Part shown: in pieces, positions 43,084 through 55,850 of the stretch
How positions within the stretch are numbered: the stretch's first letter is position 1
How the letters are laid out: every line of letters begins with the position of its first letter
From: Cyanophora paradoxa CCMP329
Taxonomy: Eukaryota; Plantae; Glaucophyta
Length of the DNA stretch: 64,000 bases
Assembly (NCBI GenBank): GCA_004431415.1
Contig: QPMI01000005.1
Location: 1,240,001-1,304,000 of the forward strand
Direction of reading: 5' to 3'
The notes under the pieces: model-generated
Database searches by the model: none
What the model saw: only the letters and a program-made list of their open reading frames with translations
Told to the model about the DNA's origin: nothing
Position numbers and translations under genes: made by a program

Positions 43084-46000
43084 CTACGCGCAGCAACCGC
43101 CCAAAGGCGCACTGGTAAAGGCCCAGATGCTCGTTTTCTCGTCGAGCAGCTCCTCCGCGGGAATCGTGGTGAACTCGTTGACAAAGAGGGCGCGGCGCGG
43201 CATCAGGCGGATGGTCTCCTCGTCGTCCTCGGCGGAACCCGCGTTGGGATTGCGCTGCTCGGCATTCTTGAGCAGGATGAGGACGATGGCGTCCGGCAAC
43301 GGTTTCTTCGAGGTGCCCGACGCGGACCCGGGGAGCACTTTGTGCATAATCCCACGCGCCTTGAACACCCCACCAACGCCCGGCCCACCACAAAAGTAGG
43401 TCTGGTGGAGCATGGTGTACTTGTTGCGGGGACCGGGTCCCTGGTAGAGAACGCAGATATTCTCGCGATGTCTCTGCGATCGAACGGGCGCGCAAATCGG
43501 CGCGTTGGCGCGCGGGCACGGTACCGGCGGGAACGCGGGCATTACTCACGAAAATTCTTTCGCTCGGGATCGTCGGATCGGGCTCCGTTGGTGGGGCGAG
43601 TTCGACCCAGTTCCCGCCGTCCTCCAAGATGCACGTCCTCGACACCGGGTCGTGCGTGTCCCACTTGTCCACATCTAAAAAGGTGTAGTGTTTGTCCACT
43701 TGGAACTGCCGGCGGAACTTTGCGTCCCGCTGACCCGCCTTAAGCTGTCCCGGCAGCTCCCCCTTTTTCGCGGCCGCGCGATCGCGACTGCGCTCTTTCT
43801 GGAGGTCGGTGCGTAGTTGATCCAATTCGCCGTGGAGATGCTCGAGGTAGCTCTCCAGCGCGAACGAGGCCTTGAGTTCTGCACCGGCAAGGGGGGTAAA
43901 AATGCATTTCTTGAGCAAGTTCGCGCGCGTGCACGTATACGTATACGTAAAGACATAGAGCATGCTAGAGTGTACTCTCTCGATTCAGAGGGCGTCGAGA
44001 CGCGCACGTCACGCACCCATGAAGAACACTCCGTACGAGAAGTTTTTGCCAGCGCGTGCAACGATCTGGTCGGCAACGGTTTGCTTGGCGGTCTCGATCG
44101 AGTCGACCGTGTGCTCGAAATGGTCGGGCCCCACAAAGACGGGGCGTTCGGAAGAATCGCCATCGAAAATCGTGCTCCAGCATTCGGACTGCGCAAACGT
44201 TAAATTCGTTAATAAGAGCCGGTTTTGGAGAGTAACTCAATCTGGCGCACCAGCTTCTTCCTGTTGGAGCTCCCGCCCTCGAACGGGAGGAGCACTGCCC
44301 GCATGGGGGTCGACTTTGGAGCGGCGGCATCCGGCGACGTCGACGCCGCCGGCGCCCAGCCAAGCTTCGAAGTGATGTGCTCATGTACGTCTTCCCCCGC
44401 GTTGCGGCTAATTCGATGTTTTCCGGAGAGTGAATTTCCGTCGAGCTCCTCAAAGGTGTAGAACGACTGGAAATCGCCCTGTATATATTGGACGGCGCGC
44501 ATCACCTACGGTGAGGCCCGGGGGCGCCGAAAATACAACGGAGCAAGCACGTACGAGAGAGCTCAATCTCGCCGGCCTCGCCCGATCGATGTTGATGATG
44601 TACTGGGTGTCCAGGCCCTTTATGTGCTTTTCTGCGCGGCCCGAGGCTCCTCAATCGTCTGCTGGAATGCGAGCATTTCCCCCCATCCAAGAGAGATCGT
44701 ACCTGGACGGGCGGCGCCCGCGCTCTCGTCGGGGCCGGCCGCTGCGCTCTCGTCGCGCGGACGCCGGCTCCCGACCGGGGCGACGCTCGACGACGACGCG
44801 TCCGTGCCGGAAGCCGATTCAACGGTCTTGCCAACGTCGTGTAGGTTCCTCACGTTTTTACGGTAGATGTCGTATTTTTGGACGTCGACTTTGTCCGACC
44901 TCACGTCGAGGAAGCTCTTTTGGAGACCCTGTTTGGCCAAGGCCCTACTATCTTTGCTCACGCCGATGGATGTTTCCACGCGCGTCTCGAAAAATTTCGC
45001 GAGGCTTCCGTCTCGAAGGGAAGTCTCGATGATGGTCTTGAGCGCGTGCGCCTCGTTCTTATTGAAGAGAAAGAGCCGAAGCATGATGATGACGGAGCCC
45101 TTTGCGCATCCCAGCAGCGCGACATCTTCCACCTTCAATCCGGATCGGCGAGCGGCGTCCTCGACGGCCGCGCGCATGCGACGCTCGATCTGCGAAAAAG
45201 GAACCTTAGAGATCTAGGGACACACAGAATGATTCTTGAGAGGTTGCCGTTGATGGAATAAGAGGGAATCTATAGGATCGATTGGAACGCACCTGCTGGT
45301 GCACACTCGGTAATTTCGATAAAGCGAGAAAAGCATCGCACATAACCTCCGGCGCACCCTCCCCCATCACCAGCTTGTACACGACTCCATACCGCCCTGC
45401 AGCCGATTCATCTACGGCAGTATTCCGGTCAGGGCAGCGCGGCGCCACCACGGATCAAGATCCTTGGCCCGTACCCTCGATTTTCAACTCCTCCACCTCG
45501 ACCCTGTTGAATTCGAATTCAAAATCAATACTTTTGCCGAGCTCCTCGGACAGCGCCTCCGGTTCGATCAACGGCTCGCATCTGCGCGGCGGTAAAGCCA
45601 CATGAGGGCAGCGCTTCGGACTAAATTCCGCAGGATCGCGCACCGCACTTCTCCCCCGCCCTCGCCGGGGGTCGGATCGGGGGCGGCCTCCGGAGTACCC
45701 GGCAGGCTCTCGACCACCCCGCTCGCGGTGTCGATCGGGTTGCCGGGCTCGCCCCCGTCGGCGGCCGCCGGCGATCGCTCGATCACGGGCACGACATCCG
45801 CCTTTTGCGGGATTTCCAATCCTGTGGTCGAGAATCCGTGTAGAAATAAGCACGAGGTAGCGGAACCGGACACGAAATAGTAATGTAATGGCGAGATCGC
45901 ACGTGCGCAGGCCCTTTCCGGGTCGGCGTCGACGTCCAGCAGTCCCTTTTTGTTAGAAGTACCTGCAGAAGTGACCCAATTCACGCGTTTAATTTGTATG

Positions 46001-46966
46001 CGAGATCGCCGCAGAATGTATTTGAAATGAATATAAGAGTGCTTACTGGCGGCCTCGGCCAGCTCCCACTCGGGGCGCTGCCGCAAAAGTTAACCACGGG
46101 AGCCCAGTTAGTTTTGGTGGCCCTCAGGCGCGTATTATCGACAGCTGTCGAAAGCACTCACCCATGGGCCGCGGTAGAGAATCATGGGGCCGTCGATCGC
46201 GGGCTGGAGCGCGCGGCCGCGGGCTGAACCGCGGGAGAAAAGCATGGTGTCGCCTGTGCTCGACTGGAGCGCGCGGGCGAGCAACCCGTGGAATCGAACG
46301 ACTGGGTAAGATTCCAGATTGTGCTTGTCCACGTATTCGGACAGAATCTCATCCAGCTCCTTGGCGAATTGTGGAGTGAATCTGAAAGCGGGGACCGCCC
46401 CTTCCGGCCACGGCTCCTCGAGGGCGACATTCTGCATAATGAACGGGTGAAAGTCGATCTCCTGCACCGGCAGTTCTCGAAAGATCTCTGCGGGGGCGCT
46501 GAGAATCAGTTTGCAGGTTGATAAAAGAATATCTGCACATGTACACGGGCGCACTTATCAATTTCCGGATCAGCAAATACGACAATGTAGGCGTCCGCCG
46601 CGGCGCCTTCTGGTCGACGTGACCAGGAAGCTCTCGCTCAATAATAGGGATCGCCAGCCTGACACGTTTGATTCCGGACACCGCGGGCTCGTTGATGGAT
46701 TTGAGGACGTCAAGGGCACCGAGGATTGTGGAAATTCGGGACTCGTAACCGCTCAGATACTCCAAGGCCGTACCGGATGGTTCCATGTCGAGGCTTTCCC
46801 AGTGGAGCTTGCCAATTAATGATAACAAGCGCTTTGACACGGCGAAAATTCGGGACGCAAAGGCGTCCTCCAGCCCGAGGTGCTGGAGGATCTTCTCGAT
46901 TAGCTCGTACGGCAGCCGCGGCCTGTCGATGTGGAGGTCTTTGAACTCGTCGGCGGCTTCCTGCAC
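43084..46966 (-). CDS. Multi-exon region beginning with an F-box-like exon; one or more genes, possibly continuous with the AAA gene
   Basis: PRLPYELIEKILQHLGLEDAFASRIFAVSKRL (ORF 46349..46966), then a chain of protein-like minus-strand ORF segments. Exon structure is unresolved. Confidence 0.5.
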
Positions 46967-47872
46967 GCCGTGCAGGTGAAATTCCGTCAGGTTTTCAACC
47001 TTTCACGGGCGCATGCGCAAGTTCGACCGGCGCGCACGCGTTCTGCATTCAGCGCAACCGCCGGCGAATCCTCCGCAGCGGTCGACATCGAAGCTCAATT
47101 GCAAGGTCTGTGGTACGGGCGCACGTCGACGTCACGGTACTGATATCGATTCCGCCGCGGCCGGGCCGGGCTATCGGACGCGTGGGGGCGGTAACGTACT
47201 ACTGCAAATAGATCGCGTGCGTATGCGTATGCAACAAGATCCACGTCGCCGCACGTCGCGGAGGCGGGCAAGTCCGATGTTGGCCCACCGTGGCACCTCG
47301 GGCTCGAGCTCCTGGGCTCGCTATAGCCGAGGAATCGCGCGGCTGCGCTTTGCTCTAGCTATAGGTCTATCGGCCGTTGGACGCTTGCGCTATGTGCCGG
47401 CGGGCCGGGCATGCGCACCGGTCCGCACCACCGGCCTCGTGCGCGAGTCCCCGAATCGAAACGCCAGAGCCGGGAGGGCCTGCGATCCGGTGTATTGCTA
47501 AATTTCGTGCTAGAATCGCCCACGAAACTTCGGCTGTGAGGCAAACACGCACTGCGGCGCGTGTTGCAATTGGCGGGGATGGGGTACACACACACACACA
47601 GCTCTTTGGCCCAGTGGAAGTTACCGTGCACCGTACATGGACGCTTGTCGCACGTGCATATGCATGCAGCCTAAAACTACGAGTACGATATAGTCGAAGC
47701 GCGCGCGAGTAGAGCGGGCCCCGCAGCCGGAGACCAGGACGCGCCCCGCCCGATCGACGAGCCATGCCACCGCGGACAAGGTACTCGCCAACTCGTGTAA
47801 GGCTTTGAGACATAAGAAAGTCGACAAATAAAAGGAAAAAGCTAAACTATGCTTCTAACTCAGTAAGGCCGC

Positions 47873-49599
47873 CTAGACTACCTGCTCCCCAGCGAAAGAA
47901 AGGCCGAGGCGCTCGGCGAGGGAAACGCCGCCCCTCACAATCCACCGCCTCGTCTCCGGCGGCAAGAGAACGTCGGCCTCGGGCGGCCACCCCGCCGCCG
48001 CCGCCGCCGCCGCCGCCGTGGGGACGCCAAGCCGCTCGGCGAGCGGAATCCCGCCCCGAACGAGGCGCGGCGCCTCCGGCGACGAGCGAGGGTCGTCCTC
48101 GGACGCCGCCTCCGAGAAGCAGGTCTCCGCCTCGACGGCCGCGGGGCCCAGGGTCGGCGGATCGCCGGCGGGGACGTCGATCTCCACGGGCTCCGCGGCC
48201 GGCCGGCGCCCGCCCGACTTCGTCGTTTTCTTCTTCTTCTTCTTGCTCTTCTTCTTGCCATTCTTCTTCCTCCTCCTCGTGTTAAAGAGGGCGTCGCTGC
48301 GGCGGCGGCGGCGGATTCTGGGTGGCTTCAGCCACCACGCGCCGCCGGGGCCCGGCTCGAACGGCTCGAGCACGGCGTCCGGATGCGCATCCGCCGCCCC
48401 CGTCCGCGAGCCGGGCTCGCGCATGACCCAGACCTGGGGCCGCTTGAGCTCCCGGGCCTCCACCCGCTTCGTGTGCGCCGACTTCGGGACCAGCTCGCGC
48501 GTCGGGAACTGGCAGAGCGTGTAGCTCTCGAGCTGGCGCAAGAGCTCGGGGAAGAAGCCATGTCCTGCGAGAGAAAGGTAAGATGAGGCCAAAAGGCGCC
48601 GGGCGCGCGGGCACACCGTAGCTGGAGACGATGACCTGCGCGGGGGCGGGAACGGGGCGCACGTCCGCGGTCAGCGGCGGATGGCGCACGAGCGCGGCGG
48701 GACGGCGCCTGCAGAGCGCGAGACCGCGCACCTCCTGCTCGTGGTAGATCGCCACCGAGGCGCAGCAGCTGACGGTCTTCTTCGTGGTGTTGGCCGAGAA
48801 GTACGCATTCGCCCGCGATGGATCGGGATGCGCTGCGTTTATGAACCGGCCCAGAAAGTTCTCCAGCGCGCCGTGGACGTACGTGTCCTTGTCGATCATG
48901 TAGCAGTACCTGCAGGCCGGCGCGTCAGCGCCGGCGCCGGCGCGGCGAGGCGCTCCAACGCACAGCCATTCGCCCGTTTTCTGTATCTGCTCGATCTCGT
49001 ACGGCTCAGGACTCCTCATCAAGATCCTGCGGGGGCGGCGGTCGGCGAGCAGCGCGCGACGGGCGGCGGACCGGCGCCGGCGCGCTGGGCACCCGTCGTA
49101 GAAAGTGATAAAGACCCGGGTGTTCGGGCCGAAGACCTCGACTTCTTCGGGGAGCTTCCCGAGCTCGGCGGCGGCCGCCAGCGCCTCGGGCTGCGCCACC
49201 GCGAACAGCCCCTCGCCTTTGCAGACGGTGGACGGGCCGATGCGGAACTGATCGAACGTTAGAAGAAGGAAAACGAGGGGAAACCGTCGCGAGAACGGCC
49301 CCGACGCGCACCCCCAGCCTCCGCAGGTGCTCCACGCAGAACGGTGTCTTCCTCGTGGAGGCCAAGCACCCATCCCACCGGCACCGGCGCGGGCGCGTCG
49401 CGCGGGCTAGCCGCCTCCGGAGCGTTTCGAGCTGGCCGCGGTCGGCCTTCCGGAGGCGCTGAAGAAAGAGCTCGGTGGCCGTCCTAGGGTCCTGGGGCTC
49501 TTCGGCGGCCGCGGAATCCGCATCGAGAGGATGCGGACCGCAGCCGATCATCCACGGCGTCACTCGGTCCCATCCCTCGCCCTGCGGCTGCGTTGGCAT
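47873..49599 (-). CDS. SET-domain protein with pre-SET Cys/His finger and basic low-complexity tail (several introns)
   Basis: CRWDGC...PFCVEHL, FRIGPSTVCKGEGLFAV (motif I), ITFYDG, YCYMID, LGRFINAAH...ANAYF and IYHEQEVIVSSYG. Confidence 0.8.
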
Positions 49600-49678
49600 C
49601 GCCGACGGCGCCGTACCCTTCCGACCCGTACCCGGTGAGCACCGGAAGCGTCGCCCGGCGCGTCTATCGAACGCGGCT

Positions 49679-52178
49679 ATGGCATTTGACTACTGGGAAT
49701 CAACTTGGGCGTCCCAACGTCCGTTCTGGGCATCTCGACGCCCATCGCCGATCTGACCGATGACGAAGTCGAGGATGCATTCCGGCGAACGATGAGCAGC
49801 CTCAAAGACCCTGCCGCGCTTCAGGTGCGCCCCCCGCGCGTCGCCCGCGCGCCCTCCGCGGTCACCTGCGCATGCGCCCGGCCTGACCGCGCGCCGCTGG
49901 CCACGGGCCGACTTGCGCAGGGCCCAAACTTCCGCCCGGATCCGCAGCAGCTGAATGAATGGTTTTCGACGCTTCGGCAAGCCGCCACGTTCGGTGCGGG
50001 CCCGGCCCGCCCCCCGCGCTCCCGCCGGCGCCTCGGCGGATCCCGCGGCTCAATCGTGCTCGCGCCGCCGCGCGCAGCATACCGGGTGCTGATATCGCCG
50101 GCCGTTCGCGCCGAGATGGCCAAGCACGGCCCGCGCACGCGCCTCGTCGCGGACATCAACCACCTGGCCGCCGAGACGCCCGAAGCCGTTTGCGAGGGCT
50201 GCGGCGTCGACGAGAGGACGAGCGAGCCCCGGCACGTCTTCCCGGAGACGGCGTACATCCAGAGATGCCGGAAGAGCGACGCGACCGTGTTGACGGCCAC
50301 CGTGCTGGGGAACGCCGGCCCGCTGTGCGTTCCGCGCGCCGCTCTCGGGCCGACCGGCGTCCACCTGGAGAACGCGCCCTCGAGGCAAGCGGTCCGCCTC
50401 CGTCGCCCCGCCGCGACGCCCCCCGCCGCCGCCGACCGCGAGCCTCGTCCCATCGTCCCGCCGCCTGCTGCGGCCCTCGCCTCGCCATCCGAGCCCCCCG
50501 CCGCGGCCTCTGGCGCCGCCGCCGCCGCACCCCGCACCCGCCGCTCGGCCTCCGCCGCCGCCGACCCAAAGAACCCGCCGTCACCTCCCTCGGGCGAAGA
50601 GGCGGAGCCCCCCGCACTCGCCCACGCCGAGCCGTCCGGGTGCGGACTCTTCCTTTGCGCCTACTTATACCTCGTTCCGAGGCGCGCGCAGCGAGATCAA
50701 AGTCGGGAAGACCGCGTTCCGCGAACGCACGAGCCTCAACCAGCTGCGCTCCAAGCTGGGCCTCCCGCAGGTGCCGCCGCGCGTGGCGCTCGCCGAATTT
50801 CAGCTGGAGACGGCTCGCGAGTGCGCGAAACGGGCATCGACATCTCGCACTGGTCCGCGGCCCGCCGGCCCCTTGTCCTTTTGCAAATCACGACCGTGCC
50901 CGCGCGCAGCCAAAACGCTCCGAAACTGCTGCCCGAAGGCGAGACGGCGCCGCCGGCAGAGGGCGACGGGTCTCCGAACTCGAAGCCGCCGGCGCCCGAC
51001 AACGCTTCCAAACGGCCCAAGTGCGTGGGGGGCGGTTGCATCCTCTGCGCGAGTCCGCCGTGATCGCTACCGCAGGCGAAAGGCCGCCGAAATCGGCGCT
51101 TCGAGCAGCTCGTCGCCCGAGGAAGCCCCCGCGCCGTGCGCCCGCCCTTTTTCCGGACCGCCGCGCCGCCGGAGCTCGCGCTGACGTATCGTCCGAGCAG
51201 GAAACCGCTCGAGGACCGCAAGGAGTCCGATGAGACCGAGTCGCTCTGGACGTCGATCAAGGAGGAGGACGTCGTCGACCCGGCCGCCGCGTGCGAGATC
51301 TTTCGAACGAAACCTCGCCCAATATAGATGCTCGGCGCTGATGCGGGCTTTTTCAGGAAGACGGAGTGGGAGTCTTCGTCGTTCTTCCAGAAGAGCAGAG
51401 CGGCGCTGATCAAGTTCCTCCGGAAGCACTTTCCCACAACGGAACGACTCGCGGTGCTCAACCAGCTCTCCCTCGAAGGGATCAGGGCCCTCGTCGTTCT
51501 TCTGGCCCGCCGGCTTGGCTTCCCCGAGATCGATGCGTGCGTCTCGGGGCTTTGGGATCTCCCCCCGGGCGCCGCCGACGCATAGTCCGCAGCGAAAATC
51601 AAGTCGGGTCGAAGTTCTGGACGACTTCGGAAAGGACCGACGACGTCCTCGCCGATATGATGTGCGTTTTAGCTCCGCTGTGCCGGAACGTTCTCACGGG
51701 CCTCGTTTTGCATATATTCGCAGAAAGAATGCCATCGCGAAAGCGCAGGAGCAGGCGGTGGCCAGCATCAAGAAGGAACCCGGCATCACGCAGCCGGCGG
51801 AGCCGGGGCCCGGCGAGGAGCGCAAGGAGGACGGCCCGCCCGCAACACCCGCGGCGTCCACATCTCCGCCAAAAGCTGCAGCGTGAGCGCGCCGTGCGGG
51901 GCTCTCCCACTCCGCCGCTTTCCGTCCAACCCGCGTTTCTTTGCGCGGCAGGTCCACGCCGAAGAGCAACGCCGGCGCCGGCGCCTCGGGCGAGAAGGAT
52001 GAACAAGGCCCCCCGGGTCCGCAGCGCCCTTCCCTCTCCCGACCCTCCCGCTGCCCCAGGCGCCACCTGGCGATCCTTTGTGCCGACAGAGCGCCCCTCG
52101 AAACGCGTGGTTTCTGAGGTGGAGGAGGCCCTGCTGCGGAGAATTGAGGTCGGCGTTTCCCCGGCCCCACCGTTTTAA
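49679..52178 (+). CDS. Multi-exon hypothetical protein(s)
   Basis: Protein-like segments separated by GTGCGC...GCAG introns; no family recognised. Confidence 0.45.
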
Positions 52179-52926
52179 CGTCATTTTAACGTGAATCCAG
52201 GCGGAGACAAACCCGGAGAAGAAGCGGAAACTCGAGACCTTGCTCGAACAGACGCGAGAGATGGAGACAGGCAAGGAATAGACCCCGCTCGCGGGCGTAT
52301 CCGCCGCGGAAGCAGAATAGAGCGCGCGCGCGCTCGCGTGGCGGGGGGCGGACTGGATGCGGATGCTCTAGATCCGGTCCGCCTCCCCGCGCCCCAGCCA
52401 CATTCGAGCTGTCGTAATTATTAATGATGACCGCCAGCCGACCGCTCGGCCGAAAGCTGCTTGGGGGGGGTGGGGGTCGCGAGGGGCGCCGGCGGGGACT
52501 GGGGCTACGGGCGGGGCCGAGGCCGCCTTGTGCACGCCATATTCGCGACCGCTGAGGGCTCTGGACGGATTCCGAACCGAACTTTCTCCTCGCGATCGCT
52601 CGAGCGCGCAGATCGTCTGGTGTCCTCGGCGTCCGGGCAAGGTCCGAGTACTGCTTCGGACGGCCCGGCCGGTCCGTGTACTCGACCGGTCCGCACCCTC
52701 GCCCCCTCCCCCTCGCGCCCGGGCCCCTGACGGGCGCCCGCAGAACCCTTCAGGTGCGCCGAGCTCGTCGCGACGAGGCGGTACGGTTACCGTTCCTACG
52801 GTCCCGTCCGCTGGAGGGGTCAGATCCTGCACGTGCGCTCCGGGCCCGCGCGGGGCGCCCTCCTCCATGCGCGCCCGCCCCGACGGCCCCGCCCGCAGCT
52901 CCCGTTCGGCATCGTCCCCGAGGGCA

Positions 52927-54647
52927 TGACGGGCCCGCCGGGCCGGATGGCGGAGCACTTTGGCTCGAAGCTGGGGCTGAGCCCGCCGCCCGTTGACCTG
53001 CTCGCCCTCCGCGCGATCGAGGGGGCCCTGCTCGGGCGCCCGCACGGCCCGCCGCACGCCTCGGCGCTGGCGGCGTGGGCCACGTCCCCCGAGCGGCACG
53101 TCGCGCTCCCCTGCAACCTCCTCGGGGGCGGCGTCGACTCGCGTTACATCCGGAGGCAGCGGGCCGAGGTGCCGCCGCCGCCCCCGCCCCGCGCCGCCCT
53201 CTCACGCGCGCGCCGCAGGGCAAGTTCGCCGCCTACGTCGCGCCGCTCCCGCCGGGCTGCTCCACGGAGGACGAGGCGCGGCACGACTACGTCCTGGACC
53301 GCGGGGCGCAGACGTGCATCTCCCTGAGCGGCGTCCTCGCCGCCGTCCACCTTCCCGGCCTCTTCCGCGAGGGCGCCGGGATCGAGCGGGTCGCCGCCGC
53401 CGTCGCCTGCGCCTCCACGGCCTTCAACTTTTCCGTCCGCCGCAGCACCATGTACAGCGAGGCCCGGGTGCGGGCCGCCGTCCTCTTTCCGCCCGCGGCC
53501 GCGACGTGAACGCCGAGGCAGGACAAGAAGCTGCTCGACGAGGCGCGCGCGGCGGCCGAGGCGGCGCTCCGGACGGGACGGCTCGACGTGATGCGGGAGA
53601 AGCTCGCCGGGCGACCCGGGGGCAAGAGGAAGGCGCCCGCGCCGCCCCCGCGCCTCGCAGCGGCGCGCCCGCCGCGGAGGGCTGCCGCGGGCAAGGCCGA
53701 TAAATCGAAAAAGCGCGGGCCGCGGATCGCCACCGGCTTCCAACGAACCCAGGGCGCGTCTGTCCCGATTCCGGTCCGCGGCCCGCGCCCCCGCCCCGGC
53801 CGCCCGCGCGGGCGAGCCGACCCGCTCTCCCGCGCGCAGATCTCTCTCAACCCGCAGTACGGCTCGGACACGAACGCGAACCGGCGGCTGCACCTCGCGA
53901 ACGGGTACTTTGCCGGTGTGCTCGAGTACCTGTTCCCGGCCCTCTGCGCCTTTGACGTCAAGGCCGGCTGCGACATGGCGGAGATCGCGCTTCGCCTTCT
54001 CGATCGGCAACCGTACAATTACGGTCCGCCATCGCGCGCCGTCCCGCCCTCTCGGGCCCGACGCGGGTTGCGGGCGCGCAGGGTTCTGGTCGATGCAATG
54101 GATGAATCCGCCGGAAACGCGAGCTCGTTTTAAAAATAACCCACCTTTGGATGCCGACACTTTTTCTCCAGGATCGCGACGTCCCACCGGGACAAGAACG
54201 ACGCGCAAGAGGCCTACGCCGCTCTCGTCTACTTTCACCCCGACGGCGCCCGGGACCGGCGGCTGCATCGTCTCCGTTTCCCCACCCTCGGCATCTCGCT
54301 CGACGTGCGACACGGGGACGTCGTCTTTATCCGGGTGAGCGCCCCGGGCCCCCGCCGGCTCTCTGCCCCCGTCTTCCCGGCCGACGACGACCCGATGCGC
54401 CTCCAGGGGCACCTGCTCGAGCACGAGGTCGTGGTGGACGGGGAGACGGATCCCAGGTTCGATGCTTTGGCGGGCGCCCCCCCCCGGCCGCCCTGATCCC
54501 GCTACCGCACGCGCAGGTATTGCATCGTGTTTACCCTCGGCAAGGACCTCAAAGTCGACGCCGATCCCGCCGGCGAGGCGAGAAAGGGTGTGTCTGCCTC
54601 GTCCGACAGCGACTCTTCGAATTCGGAAGGCTAGCTCCGCTGTGTAG
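52927..54647 (+). CDS. Multi-exon hypothetical protein
   Basis: Segments in ORFs 52833, 53075, 53588 and 54305 joined by short introns; no family recognised with confidence. Confidence 0.45.
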
Positions 54648-54689
54648 TTTGACTTTTAAAAATGCAATAACATCAAAAATAATTAGCTT

Positions 54690-55510
54690 CAAGGATGGGA
54701 AGCTTGTGGCATGTCACTGATCATGATCATGAGTCACTTTAACGTTTATAGCACGTATACTAGTTAAAATAATCATATCGATATCAACATGGCATGTCAA
54801 TGAGTCACTAATTAATATAAGTAATGATCGGATCATGATCGCTTGAGCTCGGCTGCATACAGCTGCAGCTGCAGCGTAGTATCATGATCATAATTATATA
54901 ATCATGACTCAGTGAATTCGAAAGCCTTCAATTGAAGGCTTTATAAATAACTTAGTAAGGCATATAGATATCATAGTATCATGATCATAATCATGATACT
55001 ATTAAAGCCTTCAAGGCTTCAAGGCCTTACTCAAATCATTGAATCATAGTATCATGATCATGATCATAATCATGAATCATGAAAGCCTTCAAGGCTTCAA
55101 GGCCTCAGTCATGTATATATTATGATAGATATCATGCATGATCATAGTATCATGATCATGATCACGAAAATCTTCATGATCAAGGCCGGGCTAGAACTTT
55201 TGGAAGGCATTTTGTCATATAGGCAGACTTTTGGATATAGCTATCATAGTATCATGATCATGATAATCATCATGAATTCGAAAGCCTTCAAGGCTCCAAG
55301 ACCTTGGGCCTAGCTATAGTACCTTATCATGAAAGCCTAATTATATATAAGTATACGCGTGCCGCAGTGCGTATGCAACCTATCATAGTATAAGCTTCAA
55401 AATTCGAATTCATGATACGTTACATGTACATGTACATATCCGCGGCCGATGATCCGATGATCGATATCATGATATCGGTCATGATCATCAAAGTACTAGT
55501 ACTAGTACTA
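54690..55510. repeat. AT-rich block of short degenerate palindromic repeats
   Basis: TCATAGTATCATGATCAT four times (~54971, 55044, 55142, 55243) and AAGCCTTCAA(GGCT) four times (~54922, 55005, 55083, 55282); dense CATG/GATC. Confidence 0.85.
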
Positions 55511-55530
55511 CCCCGCACTAGGCCCGTAGT

Positions 55531-55850
55531 AGGTCCTTTGCGAGCGAGCTGTGGTGCAAACGTTTATTTCGACAGACGGAGAGGGTTGGGAACTTAGCCC
55601 GCCCCCGCCGCCGCGCCCCGCCCTCGAGGTAAGATTGCGCTCTTCGGCTCGTTCGAAAAGTGTCTTAGGCGGACGGTCCCGACGGACGGGCCGGCGGGAG
55701 CGCAGTGCCGCCGGGCCGCAGCGCTCGTCTGCCGCCCCCCTCCCCCGCGCCCGAAGGCCCGCACTAGGTCCTTTGCGAGCGAGCTGTGGTGCAAACGTTT
55801 ATTTCGACAGACGGAGAGGGTTGGGAACTTAGCCCGGCCCCGCCGCCGCG
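55531..55850. repeat. Direct repeat of ~75 bp at 235 bp spacing, related to the array core motif
   Basis: aggtcctttgcgagcgagctgtggtgcaaacgtttatttcgacagacggagagggttgggaacttagccc at 55531 and 55766. Confidence 0.9.

Noticed and set aside
54305-54647. BAH domain or DNA methyltransferase in the 52.9-54.6 kb gene
   Set aside because: Only a weak GDVVFI resemblance, and no methyltransferase motifs were found.
55122-55597. Met/Ile-rich small ORFs in the AT island
   Set aside because: By-products of ATCATG repeats.
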